A DNA stretch of 64,000 nt. Origin: Clostridiales bacterium. Lineage in GTDB: Bacteria; Bacillota; Clostridia; Saccharofermentanales; Saccharofermentanaceae. Under the pieces are notes generated by a model. The model was given only the letters and a program-made list of their open reading frames with translations, ran no database searches and had not been told where the DNA came from. Shown here in pieces: positions 1-10,395 of the stretch. The translations under genes and the position numbers were made by a program. How positions within the stretch are numbered: the stretch's first letter is position 1; each line of letters opens with the position of its first letter. Where the stretch lies: assembly GCA_017513085.1 (NCBI GenBank), contig JAFWDK010000019.1:128001-192000 (forward strand), given 5' to 3'.

Positions 1-905
1 TGACGAGCCGGCTTCAGATATTGACGAGGATCGAAGTGATCCGGATGCTCTGCGAAATACTTACGGATGTTACCTGTCATAGCAAGACGGATGTCAGAGT
101 CGATGTTGATCTTGCAAACAGCCAGAGTAGCTGCCTTACGGAGCTGTTCCTCCGGAATACCAACTGCATCCGGCATATTTCCGCCATACTGGTTAACCAT
201 CTTAACGAATTCCTGCGGAACAGAAGAAGAACCATGGAGAACGATCGGGAAGCCCGGGAGCTTCTTCATGCACTCTTCAAGAACGTCGAAGCGGAGCGGC
301 GGCGGAACGAGGATACCTTCCTCATTTCTTGTGCACTGAGCAGCTGTGAACTTGTAAGCACCATGGGAAGTACCGATAGCAATAGCCAGGGAGTCACAAC
401 CTGTTCTGCTTACGAACTCTTCAACTTCTTCCGGACGTGTGTAGGACTCATGACCAGCCTCTACAACAACTTCATCCTCGATACCGGCCAGTGTTCCGAG
501 CTCAGCCTCAACAACAACACCGTGAGCGTGAGCATACTCAACAACCTGCTTGGTCAGAGCGATATTGTCCTCGAAAGACTTGGAGGAAGCATCGATCATG
601 ACGGAAGTAAAACCACCATCGATGCAGGACTTACAGAGTTCGAAGGAATCACCATGGTCAAGGTGCAGAGCGATCGGGATCTCCGGATTCTCAGCTACAG
701 CAGCCTCAACGAGTTTTACAAGATAAGTGTGATTAGCATAAGCTCTTGCGCCCTTACTAACCTGAAGGATAACCGGGCTCTTCAGTTCGCCTGCAGCCTC
801 TGTGATACCCTGAACGATTTCCATGTTGTTTACGTTGAAAGCACCAACAGCATAACCGCCATCATAGGCTTTCTTAAACATTTCAGTAGTAGTTACTAAT
901 GCCAT
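1..905 (-). CDS. fba: class II fructose-1,6-bisphosphate aldolase (3' end runs off the window)
   Basis: Not in the ORF track (no stop in window). Manual minus-strand translation from ATG at 905 gives MALVTTTEMFKKAYDGGYAVGAFNVNNME...IALHLDHG...GFTSVMID...VEAELG...AIAIGTSHGAYK...IVLHGSS...KINIDSD; RBS AAGGAG upstream. Confidence 0.96.
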   Translation of the reverse strand, partial: MALVTTTEMFKKAYDGGYAVGAFNVNNMEIVQGITEAAGELKSPVILQVSKGARAYANHTYLVKLVEAAVAENPEIPIALHLDHGDSFELCKSCIDGGFTSVMIDASSKSFEDNIALTKQVVEYAHAHGVVVEAELGTLAGIEDEVVVEAGHESYTRPEEVEEFVSRTGCDSLAIAIGTSHGAYKFTAAQCTRNEEGILVPPPLRFDVLEECMKKLPGFPIVLHGSSSVPQEFVKMVNQYGGNMPDAVGIPEEQLRKAATLAVCKINIDSDIRLAMTGNIRKYFAEHPDHFDPRQYLKPAR

Positions 906-968
906 AATGAATCTCTCCTTTATGATTAATACTTATATATGTATGCAAAATAATTTACACCATAGGTT

Positions 969-997
969 ATTGTAAAGTGAAGAGTGCTTTTCGTCAA
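969..997 (-). promoter_or_regulatory. putative sigma-A promoter of fba
   Basis: Minus strand TTGACG-17 nt-TACAAT. Confidence 0.65.
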
Positions 998-1035
998 TGA
1001 AAAATCTTTAAACTCTCCGCATTTTCAAGCAAGGA

Positions 1036-1857
1036 TCACTCCTCGTCTTTCTTTGTTTCCTCTTCGATTTCCGCCTTGACTTCTTCTACTGCCTCATCAA
1101 CAGTTTCTTCCGCCTTGGCTGCCTCTTCTTCGAGGATCTTGGCTGCTTCTTCCTCCGCCTGCTCCTGCTTAGCCTTGATCTGAGCAGCCTTTTCTTCTTT
1201 CTGTTCATTCATGGCGCTGTTTACCAGAGAAGTGAAATCCTCTCCGCTTGCGTCTTTGGCCTTTTCGTCGTCGGTCTTGAGGGCATCGTACTTTTCCTTA
1301 GCCTTGTATACGGAAGAAACCAGTTTTGCTTCCTTAAGAAGCGTATCAAAGTCCTCCTGGGTCGCCAGATCCTTGGAAGATGTCTGATAGCAGACTTCTT
1401 CATATACATTGTCCAGAACAAGATAGTCCAGTTTTTTCATGTTTGCGCCCAGCGCGGAATTCTGAAGCATCTGGGTAGCACGGTCTGCAGCACCCTCACG
1501 TGCATCGAAGGAATCATACGGGATCTTGATCTTGGAAAACATATAACGAAGAACAACTTCGTTATTCTTATAGTCCATCGCCACACGATATTTAGCAATC
1601 ACGAAAGTGTGAATAAACACAATAGCGGCAATCAGGAAGATCACGCCGGAAACCGCCCAGATCAGGATACTCGGTGTTTCACCGCCGACCAGGAGATATC
1701 CGACCAGACCGCAGATCAATACCATCACGATCAGTGTAATGATCCTTCTTTTCAGGATCTGGGACTTAGACGCCGGGAAACAGTGAACTGTATTCTTCGG
1801 AAGCTTATCCAGGTCCTCCTGCGGGATCTCGATTATTTTCTCTTCATTTTCACTCAT
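1036..1857 (-). CDS. hypothetical membrane protein (2 TM helices, soluble domain, acidic Glu/Lys/Ala-rich tail)
   Basis: ORF 1036..1872; likely start MSENEEK at 1857 after GGAGG; two hydrophobic helices; directly downstream of valS. Confidence 0.8.
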   Translation of the reverse strand: MSENEEKIIEIPQEDLDKLPKNTVHCFPASKSQILKRRIITLIVMVLICGLVGYLLVGGETPSILIWAVSGVIFLIAAIVFIHTFVIAKYRVAMDYKNNEVVLRYMFSKIKIPYDSFDAREGAADRATQMLQNSALGANMKKLDYLVLDNVYEEVCYQTSSKDLATQEDFDTLLKEAKLVSSVYKAKEKYDALKTDDEKAKDASGEDFTSLVNSAMNEQKEEKAAQIKAKQEQAEEEAAKILEEEAAKAEETVDEAVEEVKAEIEEETKKDEE

Positions 1858-1878
1858 ACGCAAACCCTCCAAATTGCA

Positions 1879-4533
1879 TTACTTTTTCAAAGCATTGATT
1901 CTCGTCGTAACATTATCAAGCATCTCCTGATACTTCGCCTGCTTTTCACGTTCAGCGGCAATAACTTTCTCCGGAGCTTTCTTGACGAACTCCTCATTGG
2001 CGAGCTTACCGTTTACCCGCTTCATTTCACCTTCAAGTCTTTCCTTCTCTTTACCGAGGCGTTCCAGTTCCTTATCGATATCGATCAGATCCTCAAGCGG
2101 GATATAGATCTCACCTGCGGAACAAACACAAGCAACCGCTGTATCCGGAATACCTTCCTTATCAGCCTTGGTCTCCACTTCGGTAACGTTAGCAAGACGC
2201 TGCAGGAATGCTTTACCGTCAATAAACATGTTGCGGTTCTTCTCTTCGGAAGAAACAAGGATCATGCCGATCTTACGGGACGGAACAACACCCATATCTG
2301 TTCTTACATTACGGATGGAACGGATCGCATCCATAAGGATCTCCATCTGCTTCTCTTCCTCCAGGAATACTTCGTTCTCACGATACTCCGGCCAGTCAGA
2401 GATCATGATCGACTCGTCCTTCTCCTTCAGAACAAGGTAAGTATACACTTCTTCCGTCAGGAACGGCATGAACGGGTGCAGGAGCTGCATGGAACGACCG
2501 AGAACATCGTTAAGGATGTACTGCGCTTCTTTTCTCGTGCTGCATTCCTTATCGAAGAGACGAGACTTCGCAATCTCGATATACCAGTCACAGTATTCTT
2601 CCCAGATGAAGGAGTTGATCTTCGAGAGCGCCACACCGAATTCATAGTTATCGAAGTTATCGGTGACTTCCTTGATGACCTGATTCATACGGGACAAGAT
2701 CCACTTATCTTCAAGGGTATACTTAGAAGGATCCACATCATCAAAAGTAAGATCTTCTTCGCAATTCATAAGAACGAAGCGCATCGCGTTCCAGATCTTA
2801 TTACCGAAGTTTCTTCCGGCTTCGATCTTATCCTGCTGGAAACGCTGATCGTTACCCGGCGCATTACCGGTAACCAGTGCATAACGCAGGGCATCTGCAC
2901 CAAACTGGTCGATGATCTCCAACGGATCGATTCCGTTACCCAAAGACTTACTCATCTTTCTGCCCTGAGAGTCACGAACCAGACCATGGATCAGAACAGT
3001 ATCAAAAGGTGTCTCCTTCATGTGTGCGCAACCTGCCACGATCATACGGGAAACCCAGAAAGTGATGATATCGTATCCGGTAACCAGAGTATTCGTCGGA
3101 TAATAGCGCTTCAGGTCTGCTGTCTCTTCCGGCCAGCCCAATGTAGAGAAAGGCCACAATGCCGATGAGAACCATGTATCAAGAGTATCAGGATCCTGAC
3201 GCATCGGCTTTCCGCACTTCGGACAAACCGCGCTGTCTTCCTTGGTCACAACCAGTTCTCCACAATCATCGCAGTAGAAAGCCGGAATACGGTGACCCCA
3301 CCACAGCTGACGGGAGATACACCAGTCACGGATATCCTCCATCCAGTTGAAATAGTTCTTCTCGAATCTTTCCGGAACGAACTTTGTCTTACCGGAGCGT
3401 ACAGCTTCGATCGCCGGTTCTGCCAGAGTCTTCATCTTTACGAACCACTGCAGGGAAACTCTCGGTTCAACAGTCGTACCGCAACGGTAGCAGGTACCTA
3501 CGTTATGGGCATGCGGCTCTACCTTGATGAGGAAACCGCCCTCTTCGAGATCCTTGACGATCTCTTTTCTCGCTTCATAGCGATCCATGCCGGCATACTT
3601 CGGATAATCATCCGTGATCTTCGCGTCTTCAGTAAGAACCGTGATCACTTCGAGGTTATGGCGAAGTCCTACTTCAAAGTCATTCGGGTCGTGTGCCGGA
3701 GTGATCTTAACGACACCGGTACCGAATTCGATATCCACATAACTGTCTGCAATGACAGGGATCTTCCTTCCAACGAGCGGGAGAACGAGCATCTTGCCGA
3801 CAACATCCTTATAACGCTCATCTTTCGGGTTTACAGCTACCGCAGTATCACCGAGGAGAGTCTCCGGACGGGTAGTAGCAAGTTCCAGATATCCTGAACC
3901 ATCCTCGAAAGGATAACGCAAATGCCAGAAAGAGCCCTGCTGATCTTCGTATTCAACTTCGGCATTAGAGATCGAAGTCAGGCATTTCGGGCACCAGTTG
4001 ATGATGCGCTCGCCACGATAGATCAGGCCTTCGTTATAGTACTTGATAAAAACTTCTTTTACAGCTTTAGAACAGCCTTCGTCCATGGTGAAACGCTCAT
4101 GGGACCAGTCACATGAAGAACCGATCTTCTTAAGCTGTTCAACAATACGTCCGCCATACTGTTTCTTCCATTCCCATGCACGCTCCAGGAACTTATCTCT
4201 TCCCAGATCGTCCTTGGTCAGGCCTTCTTCTTTCATCGTCGCTACGATCCTCGCCTCAGTTGCGATAGATGCGTGGTCTGTTCCCGGAACCCAAAGAGTC
4301 TCGAATCCCTTCATTCTCTTATATCTTACAAGGATATCCTGAAGAGTATTATCCAGCGCATGACCCATATGCAGCTGACCGGTGATATTCGGCGGCGGCA
4401 TGACAATACAAAAAGATTCTTTGCTGGGATCGACGACCGGCTTAAAGTATCCTTTCTCCATCCATGTGGAATAGAGTCTACTCTCCGCTTCCTTCGGATC
4501 AAAAGCCTTGCTGATATTATCTGTACGTGCCAT
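1879..4533 (-). CDS. valS: valyl-tRNA synthetase
   Basis: PPPNITGQLHMGHA (HIGH), DWCISRQLWWGHRIP, KMSKS, C-terminal coiled-coil arm; likely start MARTDN at 4533 after GGAGG. Confidence 0.99.
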   Translation of the reverse strand: MARTDNISKAFDPKEAESRLYSTWMEKGYFKPVVDPSKESFCIVMPPPNITGQLHMGHALDNTLQDILVRYKRMKGFETLWVPGTDHASIATEARIVATMKEEGLTKDDLGRDKFLERAWEWKKQYGGRIVEQLKKIGSSCDWSHERFTMDEGCSKAVKEVFIKYYNEGLIYRGERIINWCPKCLTSISNAEVEYEDQQGSFWHLRYPFEDGSGYLELATTRPETLLGDTAVAVNPKDERYKDVVGKMLVLPLVGRKIPVIADSYVDIEFGTGVVKITPAHDPNDFEVGLRHNLEVITVLTEDAKITDDYPKYAGMDRYEARKEIVKDLEEGGFLIKVEPHAHNVGTCYRCGTTVEPRVSLQWFVKMKTLAEPAIEAVRSGKTKFVPERFEKNYFNWMEDIRDWCISRQLWWGHRIPAFYCDDCGELVVTKEDSAVCPKCGKPMRQDPDTLDTWFSSALWPFSTLGWPEETADLKRYYPTNTLVTGYDIITFWVSRMIVAGCAHMKETPFDTVLIHGLVRDSQGRKMSKSLGNGIDPLEIIDQFGADALRYALVTGNAPGNDQRFQQDKIEAGRNFGNKIWNAMRFVLMNCEEDLTFDDVDPSKYTLEDKWILSRMNQVIKEVTDNFDNYEFGVALSKINSFIWEEYCDWYIEIAKSRLFDKECSTRKEAQYILNDVLGRSMQLLHPFMPFLTEEVYTYLVLKEKDESIMISDWPEYRENEVFLEEEKQMEILMDAIRSIRNVRTDMGVVPSRKIGMILVSSEEKNRNMFIDGKAFLQRLANVTEVETKADKEGIPDTAVACVCSAGEIYIPLEDLIDIDKELERLGKEKERLEGEMKRVNGKLANEEFVKKAPEKVIAAEREKQAKYQEMLDNVTTRINALKK

Positions 4534-4630
4534 CTTATCCCTCCAAATCTGAAATAGAAAACGCTCCATGCTTGCTTATTTTAAGCGGAAAAGCACGAGC
4601 GTTTCCAAAAGAATATTTTACTACAAATAC

Positions 4631-6316
4631 TTATTTCTGGCTATCTCTTTTTCTTATTTCTGCGCGCTTGATCTTTCCGCTAGTGGTCTTCGGCAACTCA
4701 TCGACGTATTCCACGACTCGCGGATACTTATAAGGCGCCGTCGTCTTCTTAACATGGTTCTGAAGCGTCTTGGTCAATTCCTCCGACGGGGAATAACCCT
4801 TAGCCAGCACGATAGTAGCCTTTACGGCAAATCCTCTGACCGGATCCGGAACGCCTGTTACCGCGCACTCCAGTACAGCTGGGTGTTCCATCAAGGCACT
4901 CTCGACCTCAAAAGGTCCGATACGGTAACCGGAAGACTTGATTACGTCATCCACACGACCGACATACCAGAGGAAACCGAGCTCATCGCGGTAAGCGGTA
5001 TCACCTGTATGATACAGTCCGTCATGCCAGGATTTCTCCATCGCTTCCGGGTTCTCCTCGTAGCGCAGAAGCAATCCAACCGGACGCCCACCGTACTCTT
5101 CGCTTGTACGGATGCAGATCTCACCTGTCACACCGGTCGGGCACTCGTTGCCATCCGGATCGACTACTGCAACATGGAAGCCGGGTACCGGGTAACCCAT
5201 GGAACCGGTTCTTGGAAGTACCCACGGGAAATATGTTCCGCAAACAACGGATGTCTCGGACTGGCCGAAACCTTCGTAGATCTTGCAACCGGTATTCTTC
5301 AGCCACTGGTTATATACCTCAGGATTCAACGCCTCACCGGCTGTGCAGCAATGCTTGAGATGTGAAAAGTCATATCCCTCGAAGCTCTCTTTGATCATGA
5401 AACGGTACATCGTCGGCGGTGCGCAGAAAGTCGTGATCTTATAATCGCAGATCTTCTTCAGGATATCCGCACCATTAAACTTATCGAAATCATAGATGAA
5501 CAATGTCGCTTCACCGAACCACTGTCCATAGAACTTACCCCACATGCACTTCATCCAGCCTGTATCGGAGATCGTAAAGTGAAGCTTTCCGTCTTCTACA
5601 CGATGCCAGAATACACCCGTAAACAAATGTCCCAGCGGGAGGGTATGGTCATGGAGAACCATCTTCGGGTATCCCGTCGTTCCGGACGAGAAGCACATCA
5701 GCATCGGGTCAGTTACGATCGTTCCCTCTTCGCCTGTTGGTCTTGTCCACTCGTCACTCTGCTTGGCAACTTCCGCATCAAAATCGATCCAGCCGTCTTT
5801 CTTCTTGCCCCATGTTACGCAACGGATGACCTCATGATCGTACTGATCCTGATCTTCGTCAAAACGCTCTGTGCAATCATCATCGCCCGTGATGACCGCC
5901 ATCTTGATATGTGCGCTGTTGATACGGTAAACATAGTCTTTCGCCATCAACTGGTTGGTCGCCATAACCGTTACGGCACCGATTTTATGGAGAGCCAGTA
6001 CGGAAAACCAGAACTGGTATCCTCTCTTCAAAACCAGAAGAACGCGGTCGCCCTTCTTGATGCCCTGGCTCTTAAAGAAGTTCGCTGTCATGTTGGAGTA
6101 TTTTCTGACGTCTCCAAACGTAAAACGCTTTTCTTCGTTATGCTTGCTGACCCAGAGGATCGCCGGCTTATCCGGTGTTCTCTCTGCAATCACATCCATA
6201 ACATCGTACGCAAAGTTAAATGTTTTCGGATAAGTAACCTTGTAGTTCTTCTGTAAATCGTCCAGTGTAACGAAATCGTCTCTGTTTCGTCCTACAAAAT
6301 CTTCATAAATCGCCAC
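4631..6316 (-). CDS. AMP-forming acyl/acetyl-CoA synthetase
   Basis: FSSGTTGYPK, YEGFGQSET, YHTGD, GRVDDVIKSSGYRIGPFEVES and LPKTTSGKI adenylate-forming motifs. Confidence 0.93.
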   Translation of the reverse strand: MAIYEDFVGRNRDDFVTLDDLQKNYKVTYPKTFNFAYDVMDVIAERTPDKPAILWVSKHNEEKRFTFGDVRKYSNMTANFFKSQGIKKGDRVLLVLKRGYQFWFSVLALHKIGAVTVMATNQLMAKDYVYRINSAHIKMAVITGDDDCTERFDEDQDQYDHEVIRCVTWGKKKDGWIDFDAEVAKQSDEWTRPTGEEGTIVTDPMLMCFSSGTTGYPKMVLHDHTLPLGHLFTGVFWHRVEDGKLHFTISDTGWMKCMWGKFYGQWFGEATLFIYDFDKFNGADILKKICDYKITTFCAPPTMYRFMIKESFEGYDFSHLKHCCTAGEALNPEVYNQWLKNTGCKIYEGFGQSETSVVCGTYFPWVLPRTGSMGYPVPGFHVAVVDPDGNECPTGVTGEICIRTSEEYGGRPVGLLLRYEENPEAMEKSWHDGLYHTGDTAYRDELGFLWYVGRVDDVIKSSGYRIGPFEVESALMEHPAVLECAVTGVPDPVRGFAVKATIVLAKGYSPSEELTKTLQNHVKKTTAPYKYPRVVEYVDELPKTTSGKIKRAEIRKRDSQK

Positions 6317-6319
6317 GGA

Positions 6320-6883
6320 TCAAATATCTCCCTTCATAACTATCGCCAGGAATTTACACGGCTTGTTGTTATTTGCCTTCATGGCATGCGGATAATCGGA
6401 ATTGAAGTAGACGCTGTCGCCTTCGTTCAGTTCATATACGATATCTCCGATATAGAAAGTCATAGAACCTTCGACCACATAGTCGAATTCCTGTCCCTCG
6501 TGGGCGTGCTGGGTCGGCTTTTCAATATCGTTCGGCTCAACGGTAACCAGGAAAGGATCTGCAATTTTCTTTCTGAAAGTAAATGCCAGATGCTTATAGT
6601 TATACGCTGCACGGCGGTCGATCTCGAATCCTTCTCCCTTTCTTACCACGCAGGCAATGGAGAGCTTCGGTGAGTCGCCTACCATGATGTCGACCATATC
6701 GACACCGAGAATCACCGCGACATTATTAAGAAAAGAGACAGAAAAGTCCTTCTTTCCCTGTTCATAAAGAATGTAATCTTCTTCGGATACTTCACATCTT
6801 GCTGCCATGGTGGCCACATCGATCTCTTCGATTTCACGAAGTGCGGCAATTCGCTCGCCGATCTGACGCAATTGATCTGTCAT
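6320..6883 (-). CDS. XRE-family HTH regulator with C-terminal cupin domain
   Basis: IGERIAALRE...YEQG HTH; HAHEGQEFDYVVEG...GDSVYFNSDYPH cupin; start MTDQL at 6883 after AGGAGG. Confidence 0.92.
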   Translation of the reverse strand: MTDQLRQIGERIAALREIEEIDVATMAARCEVSEEDYILYEQGKKDFSVSFLNNVAVILGVDMVDIMVGDSPKLSIACVVRKGEGFEIDRRAAYNYKHLAFTFRKKIADPFLVTVEPNDIEKPTQHAHEGQEFDYVVEGSMTFYIGDIVYELNEGDSVYFNSDYPHAMKANNNKPCKFLAIVMKGDI

Positions 6884-6944
6884 AGCTATTCCTCCTGATA
6901 CATAATAGGCATAATTCCGGATAATTTCCCAGAGTATTAGTCCT

Positions 6945-7006
6945 ATTATAATAGATTTCACCTTTCAAAGTGTCAACTGACAAAATCATCAAATGTATTG
7001 TATAAT
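6945..7006. promoter_or_regulatory. divergent sigma-A-like promoters (XRE gene and moxR operon)
   Basis: Minus: TTGACA(6976-6971)-17 nt-TATTAT. Plus: CTGACA(6977)-18 nt-TATAAT(7001-7006). Confidence 0.55.
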
Positions 7007-7046
7007 GAAAAAACAATAAGATTTCGAGCATTTTTCGGAGGTTTTT

Positions 7047-8036
7047 ATGGACAACCAGGCAACCGCAGCAGACACAACCGTATGTTCCAGAATCATTAAC
7101 AATGTTAACCAGGTCATCGTCGGAAAAGACAAGCAGATCGAACTCCTTATGGTCGCTCTTCTTGTCGGAGGCCACGTTCTTCTCGAAGACGTTCCTGGAA
7201 CCGGCAAGACCAAAACTGCGCGTGCGCTGGCACAGTCTTTGAAACTAGATTTTAAGCGTGTACAGTTCACGATCGACCTTTTGCCGTCAGACCTTACCGG
7301 CATTAACTATTACGATCGGAGCGCCGAGAAATTCGTATTCCGTCCGGGTCCGCTATTCACAAATATCCTTCTGGCAGACGAGATCAACCGCGCCACCGCC
7401 AGGACGCAGTCCAGCCTTCTGGAATGCATGGAAGAAAAGCAGGTCACCGTAGATGGGCAGACCCATGTTCTCCCGCCTCCGTTCCTGGTCATCGCTACCC
7501 AGAACCCGATTGAATCCCAGGGTACATTCCCTCTTCCGGAAGCCCAACTCGACCGTTTCCTGATGCAGCTTTCCATGAATTATCCGACACACGAAGAGAG
7601 CATCGCTATCCTTAAGCGTTTCGCGACAGACGACCCGCTGACCACCTTGTCATCCGTGGCTTCACCGGAAGAGCTTCTCGCGATGCAGCAGGAAGCCAAA
7701 CAAGTCTTTGTTGCCGACGCCCTTTACGAATATGCCACAGCAATCGTGGAAGAGACCCGGAATCATCTGCAGGTCCGCGTAGGCGCCAGCCCGCGAGCAC
7801 TTCTCGCATACGTTTCCGCGGCAAAAGCACTTGCTCTTCTCCGTGGCCGTAAGTTCTGCACGCCTGATGATTTCAAGAGACTTTCCGTGCCTGTACTGGC
7901 ACACCGTCTCTCAGTCCACGCTTCCGCTTCATTTTCATCAGAAGGCGCATTTATGAGCCAGCACGATATGGCAGCTTCCGTAATCAAGTCGATCGTGGAT
8001 AAAGTTCCTTGTCCGACGGAGGATTTTTCCCGCTAA
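7047..8036 (+). CDS. moxR: MoxR-family AAA+ ATPase
   Basis: GHVLLEDVPGTGKT, RVQFTIDLLPSDLTG, LLADEINRA, ATQNPIESQGTFPLPEAQLDRF. Confidence 0.95.
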   Translation: MDNQATAADTTVCSRIINNVNQVIVGKDKQIELLMVALLVGGHVLLEDVPGTGKTKTARALAQSLKLDFKRVQFTIDLLPSDLTGINYYDRSAEKFVFRPGPLFTNILLADEINRATARTQSSLLECMEEKQVTVDGQTHVLPPPFLVIATQNPIESQGTFPLPEAQLDRFLMQLSMNYPTHEESIAILKRFATDDPLTTLSSVASPEELLAMQQEAKQVFVADALYEYATAIVEETRNHLQVRVGASPRALLAYVSAAKALALLRGRKFCTPDDFKRLSVPVLAHRLSVHASASFSSEGAFMSQHDMAASVIKSIVDKVPCPTEDFSR

Positions 8037-9163
8037 TGACGATCGTAGTCTTTCTGATAATTGTGGGGCTGATGGTAGTGGCCGAATTCATTTACTACCG
8101 CAGACACGCCTTTGACGACATTGATCTGGACGTGCAGTTTTCGCGCCCTATCGCCAATCACGGCGAGATCATCGAAGTGATCGAGGTTTCCCAGAACAAC
8201 AAGAGACTACCTCTTCCATTTCTGCTTCTCAAATTCGAATCACCAATGGTTCTGGAGTTTCAGGATATGACCAACACATCGGTCTCTGACTATCTTTACC
8301 GCGAAGATATGCTGACCATGAAGCCCTATTCGAAGCATACCCGGACAATTAAGGCCCGCTGCTCACATCGCGGATATTATGCCTTCGCGCGCGTCAATAT
8401 CACCACGGCCGACCTTCTTCTCATGGCAAAGCTGACGAAAGAATTTCCTTCTAATGCTTCGATCACGATCCTTCCTGAACTGGTCGATCCATCTTCGATA
8501 AAAACATTATTATCTGTTACTTTCAGCGAAGTCGTGCAAAGAAGAACGTTGCTCACCGATCCGTTTACTTTTGCAGGGATCCGAGACTACCAGCCCTGGG
8601 ATCCGATGAAATCCATCAACTGGACTGCCACTGCCAAGGCCGGTGATTTTATGGTCAATACAAATGCTTCCACATCCATGAAGCAGGTTTCCATCTACGT
8701 AAATCTAGAGTATTACAACATGAAGAAGTCCGACTCCTTGCTGGAAAAGTCTATCAGTTTGGCTTATTCGTATATTCTGGAGCTTTCCAAGCTCGGCATT
8801 CCTACAGCTCTTTATACTAACGGAATGGACATCTTAAACGATACTCCCGTTATTTCCCGCACCAATTGCGATCTGTCCAATGTCTCGCAGCGCGGTATCG
8901 AGCTCGCCAGGATCGACCTTGAAAAAGAAGTTCTTCCCTTTCCGCAGCTTTTGGAAGAAAACGCGATGAAACTTAAAGATGAGTTCATTGTCGTGATCTC
9001 GCCCAAATACGATGGCAGTTTTATTCCTGCCCTTCTGAGACTGAAGAGTCACGCTTCGTCTATGCTTTGGGTAATGCCTGCTTACAAGGCGTCACCCAAG
9101 CCCGCAATCGACAGTGCTCTTCAACAGAATTACTTCAGATGGGAGGTTTTAGGCCATGACTGA
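8036..9163 (+). CDS. DUF58-domain protein (MoxR partner)
   Basis: N-terminal TM; RGYY..., FAGIRDYQPWDPMKSINWTATAK; ATG overlaps the moxR TAA. Confidence 0.88.
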   Translation: MTIVVFLIIVGLMVVAEFIYYRRHAFDDIDLDVQFSRPIANHGEIIEVIEVSQNNKRLPLPFLLLKFESPMVLEFQDMTNTSVSDYLYREDMLTMKPYSKHTRTIKARCSHRGYYAFARVNITTADLLLMAKLTKEFPSNASITILPELVDPSSIKTLLSVTFSEVVQRRTLLTDPFTFAGIRDYQPWDPMKSINWTATAKAGDFMVNTNASTSMKQVSIYVNLEYYNMKKSDSLLEKSISLAYSYILELSKLGIPTALYTNGMDILNDTPVISRTNCDLSNVSQRGIELARIDLEKEVLPFPQLLEENAMKLKDEFIVVISPKYDGSFIPALLRLKSHASSMLWVMPAYKASPKPAIDSALQQNYFRWEVLGHD

Positions 9164-10382
9164 TCTGCGCAAAAAAGAACCGATATTTGTCGGTCAAGGG
9201 TTTGGCGTCGACTTCCTGATGTCACTAATGTTTTTCTTCGGCATCTCTTCCTTGGGCATCTTCCTATTATGCTATGTGCATGTTATCCGTGTCCCCTACG
9301 AGGCCCAGTTCAGTGCGCTCATCGTAGTACTGGCTTATGTTTTCATCAGACGGCTTCGCATTGGTCTTGGGGCCATGCTTTTGCTTCACATCTTTGCCAC
9401 GTGCTTTTTCCTTGCGGCCTTCTATTTCGTTTCCGGGCAAACCGATGCCGCGCGCGGTATAGTGATCTATCTGGCCTGTCTTTTGGTTCTTAATATCATA
9501 TACTCGTTCAAGCAGCGTTTAAGCCGCTCTCAAACACGAGTAACGAATGATGGTTTACTGTTTGCTTTGATCATGCATGTGGCACTCTTTGCCGTATTTG
9601 TCGCCACAGGCTATCATTTCCGTCTGAATATGATCACGATGAATGCCGTCATTATGGTGACTTGTTTCTTTGTCGCCAGACAGTTCGATACTTTTGAAGA
9701 TCAGTATTACCACAACATTCATTCCGCCACGCAGCCGGTTCAATCCATAAAAAAGCAAAACCGCCTGCTCGTCATCCTGGTCGTTGCCGGCATCGCCTTT
9801 GCTGTGATCATGTTAAAGGTATTCCCGATCGACGAACTCTCCCGCCAGTTGTCGCGCATTCTCATCGCCATTTTCAGTTGGATAGCTAAGTTTCTGCCTT
9901 CAGGAGGAGAAGAAGGCCCGGCAGCATCCATAGGTATGCCGGACGAGCCTCCGGAGCCGGAAGACACAGAAGGTATGGAGAATTCTCTTCTGGTCAACAT
10001 ACTGGCCGCCATATCCATTATCATTGTAGCGACCTTACTCTTCATCTTCATCGTAACCATGATCAGGGAGATCATTAAGCGATTCAAGAAGATAGATGCC
10101 GTCGAGACGACTGTCGAAAACGACGCGGTTGTTGATATCATTGAGCACATAGATTCTAAGAACAAAAATAAGATTTCCACGCGTCATGACTTTGGTCAAG
10201 GATACGAGAGAGAGATACGAAAGAAGTATTATAAGAGGGTCACTGCTGCCATAAAAGCCGGTCTTCCTATCAAAGCTTCTTCATCGCCACGTCAGATCGA
10301 GCGGATCATAAAAAAATCGGGAGATCCTTCCATTACTGAATTGACCTCCCAATATGAATCTGTCCGATACAACAAGAAATAA
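9156..10382 (+). CDS. multi-pass membrane protein with DUF4129-like C-terminus
   Basis: About 9 TM helices; C-terminal ...SSSPRQIE...ITELTSQYESVRY; third gene of the moxR operon. Confidence 0.7.
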   Translation: MTDLRKKEPIFVGQGFGVDFLMSLMFFFGISSLGIFLLCYVHVIRVPYEAQFSALIVVLAYVFIRRLRIGLGAMLLLHIFATCFFLAAFYFVSGQTDAARGIVIYLACLLVLNIIYSFKQRLSRSQTRVTNDGLLFALIMHVALFAVFVATGYHFRLNMITMNAVIMVTCFFVARQFDTFEDQYYHNIHSATQPVQSIKKQNRLLVILVVAGIAFAVIMLKVFPIDELSRQLSRILIAIFSWIAKFLPSGGEEGPAASIGMPDEPPEPEDTEGMENSLLVNILAAISIIIVATLLFIFIVTMIREIIKRFKKIDAVETTVENDAVVDIIEHIDSKNKNKISTRHDFGQGYEREIRKKYYKRVTAAIKAGLPIKASSSPRQIERIIKKSGDPSITELTSQYESVRYNKK

Positions 10383-10395
10383 GACGATCGTTATC

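Noticed and set aside
21-899. 292-aa plus-strand ORF
   Set aside because: Antisense shadow of fba, which is on the minus strand and missing from the ORF track only because its stop is outside the window.
1609-3168. 519-aa plus-strand ORF and similar long antisense ORFs (e.g. 13656-14687, 26995-28065, 48550-49533, 53097-54149)
   Set aside because: They mirror well-conserved minus-strand genes, show no recognisable motifs, and are explained by codon bias.
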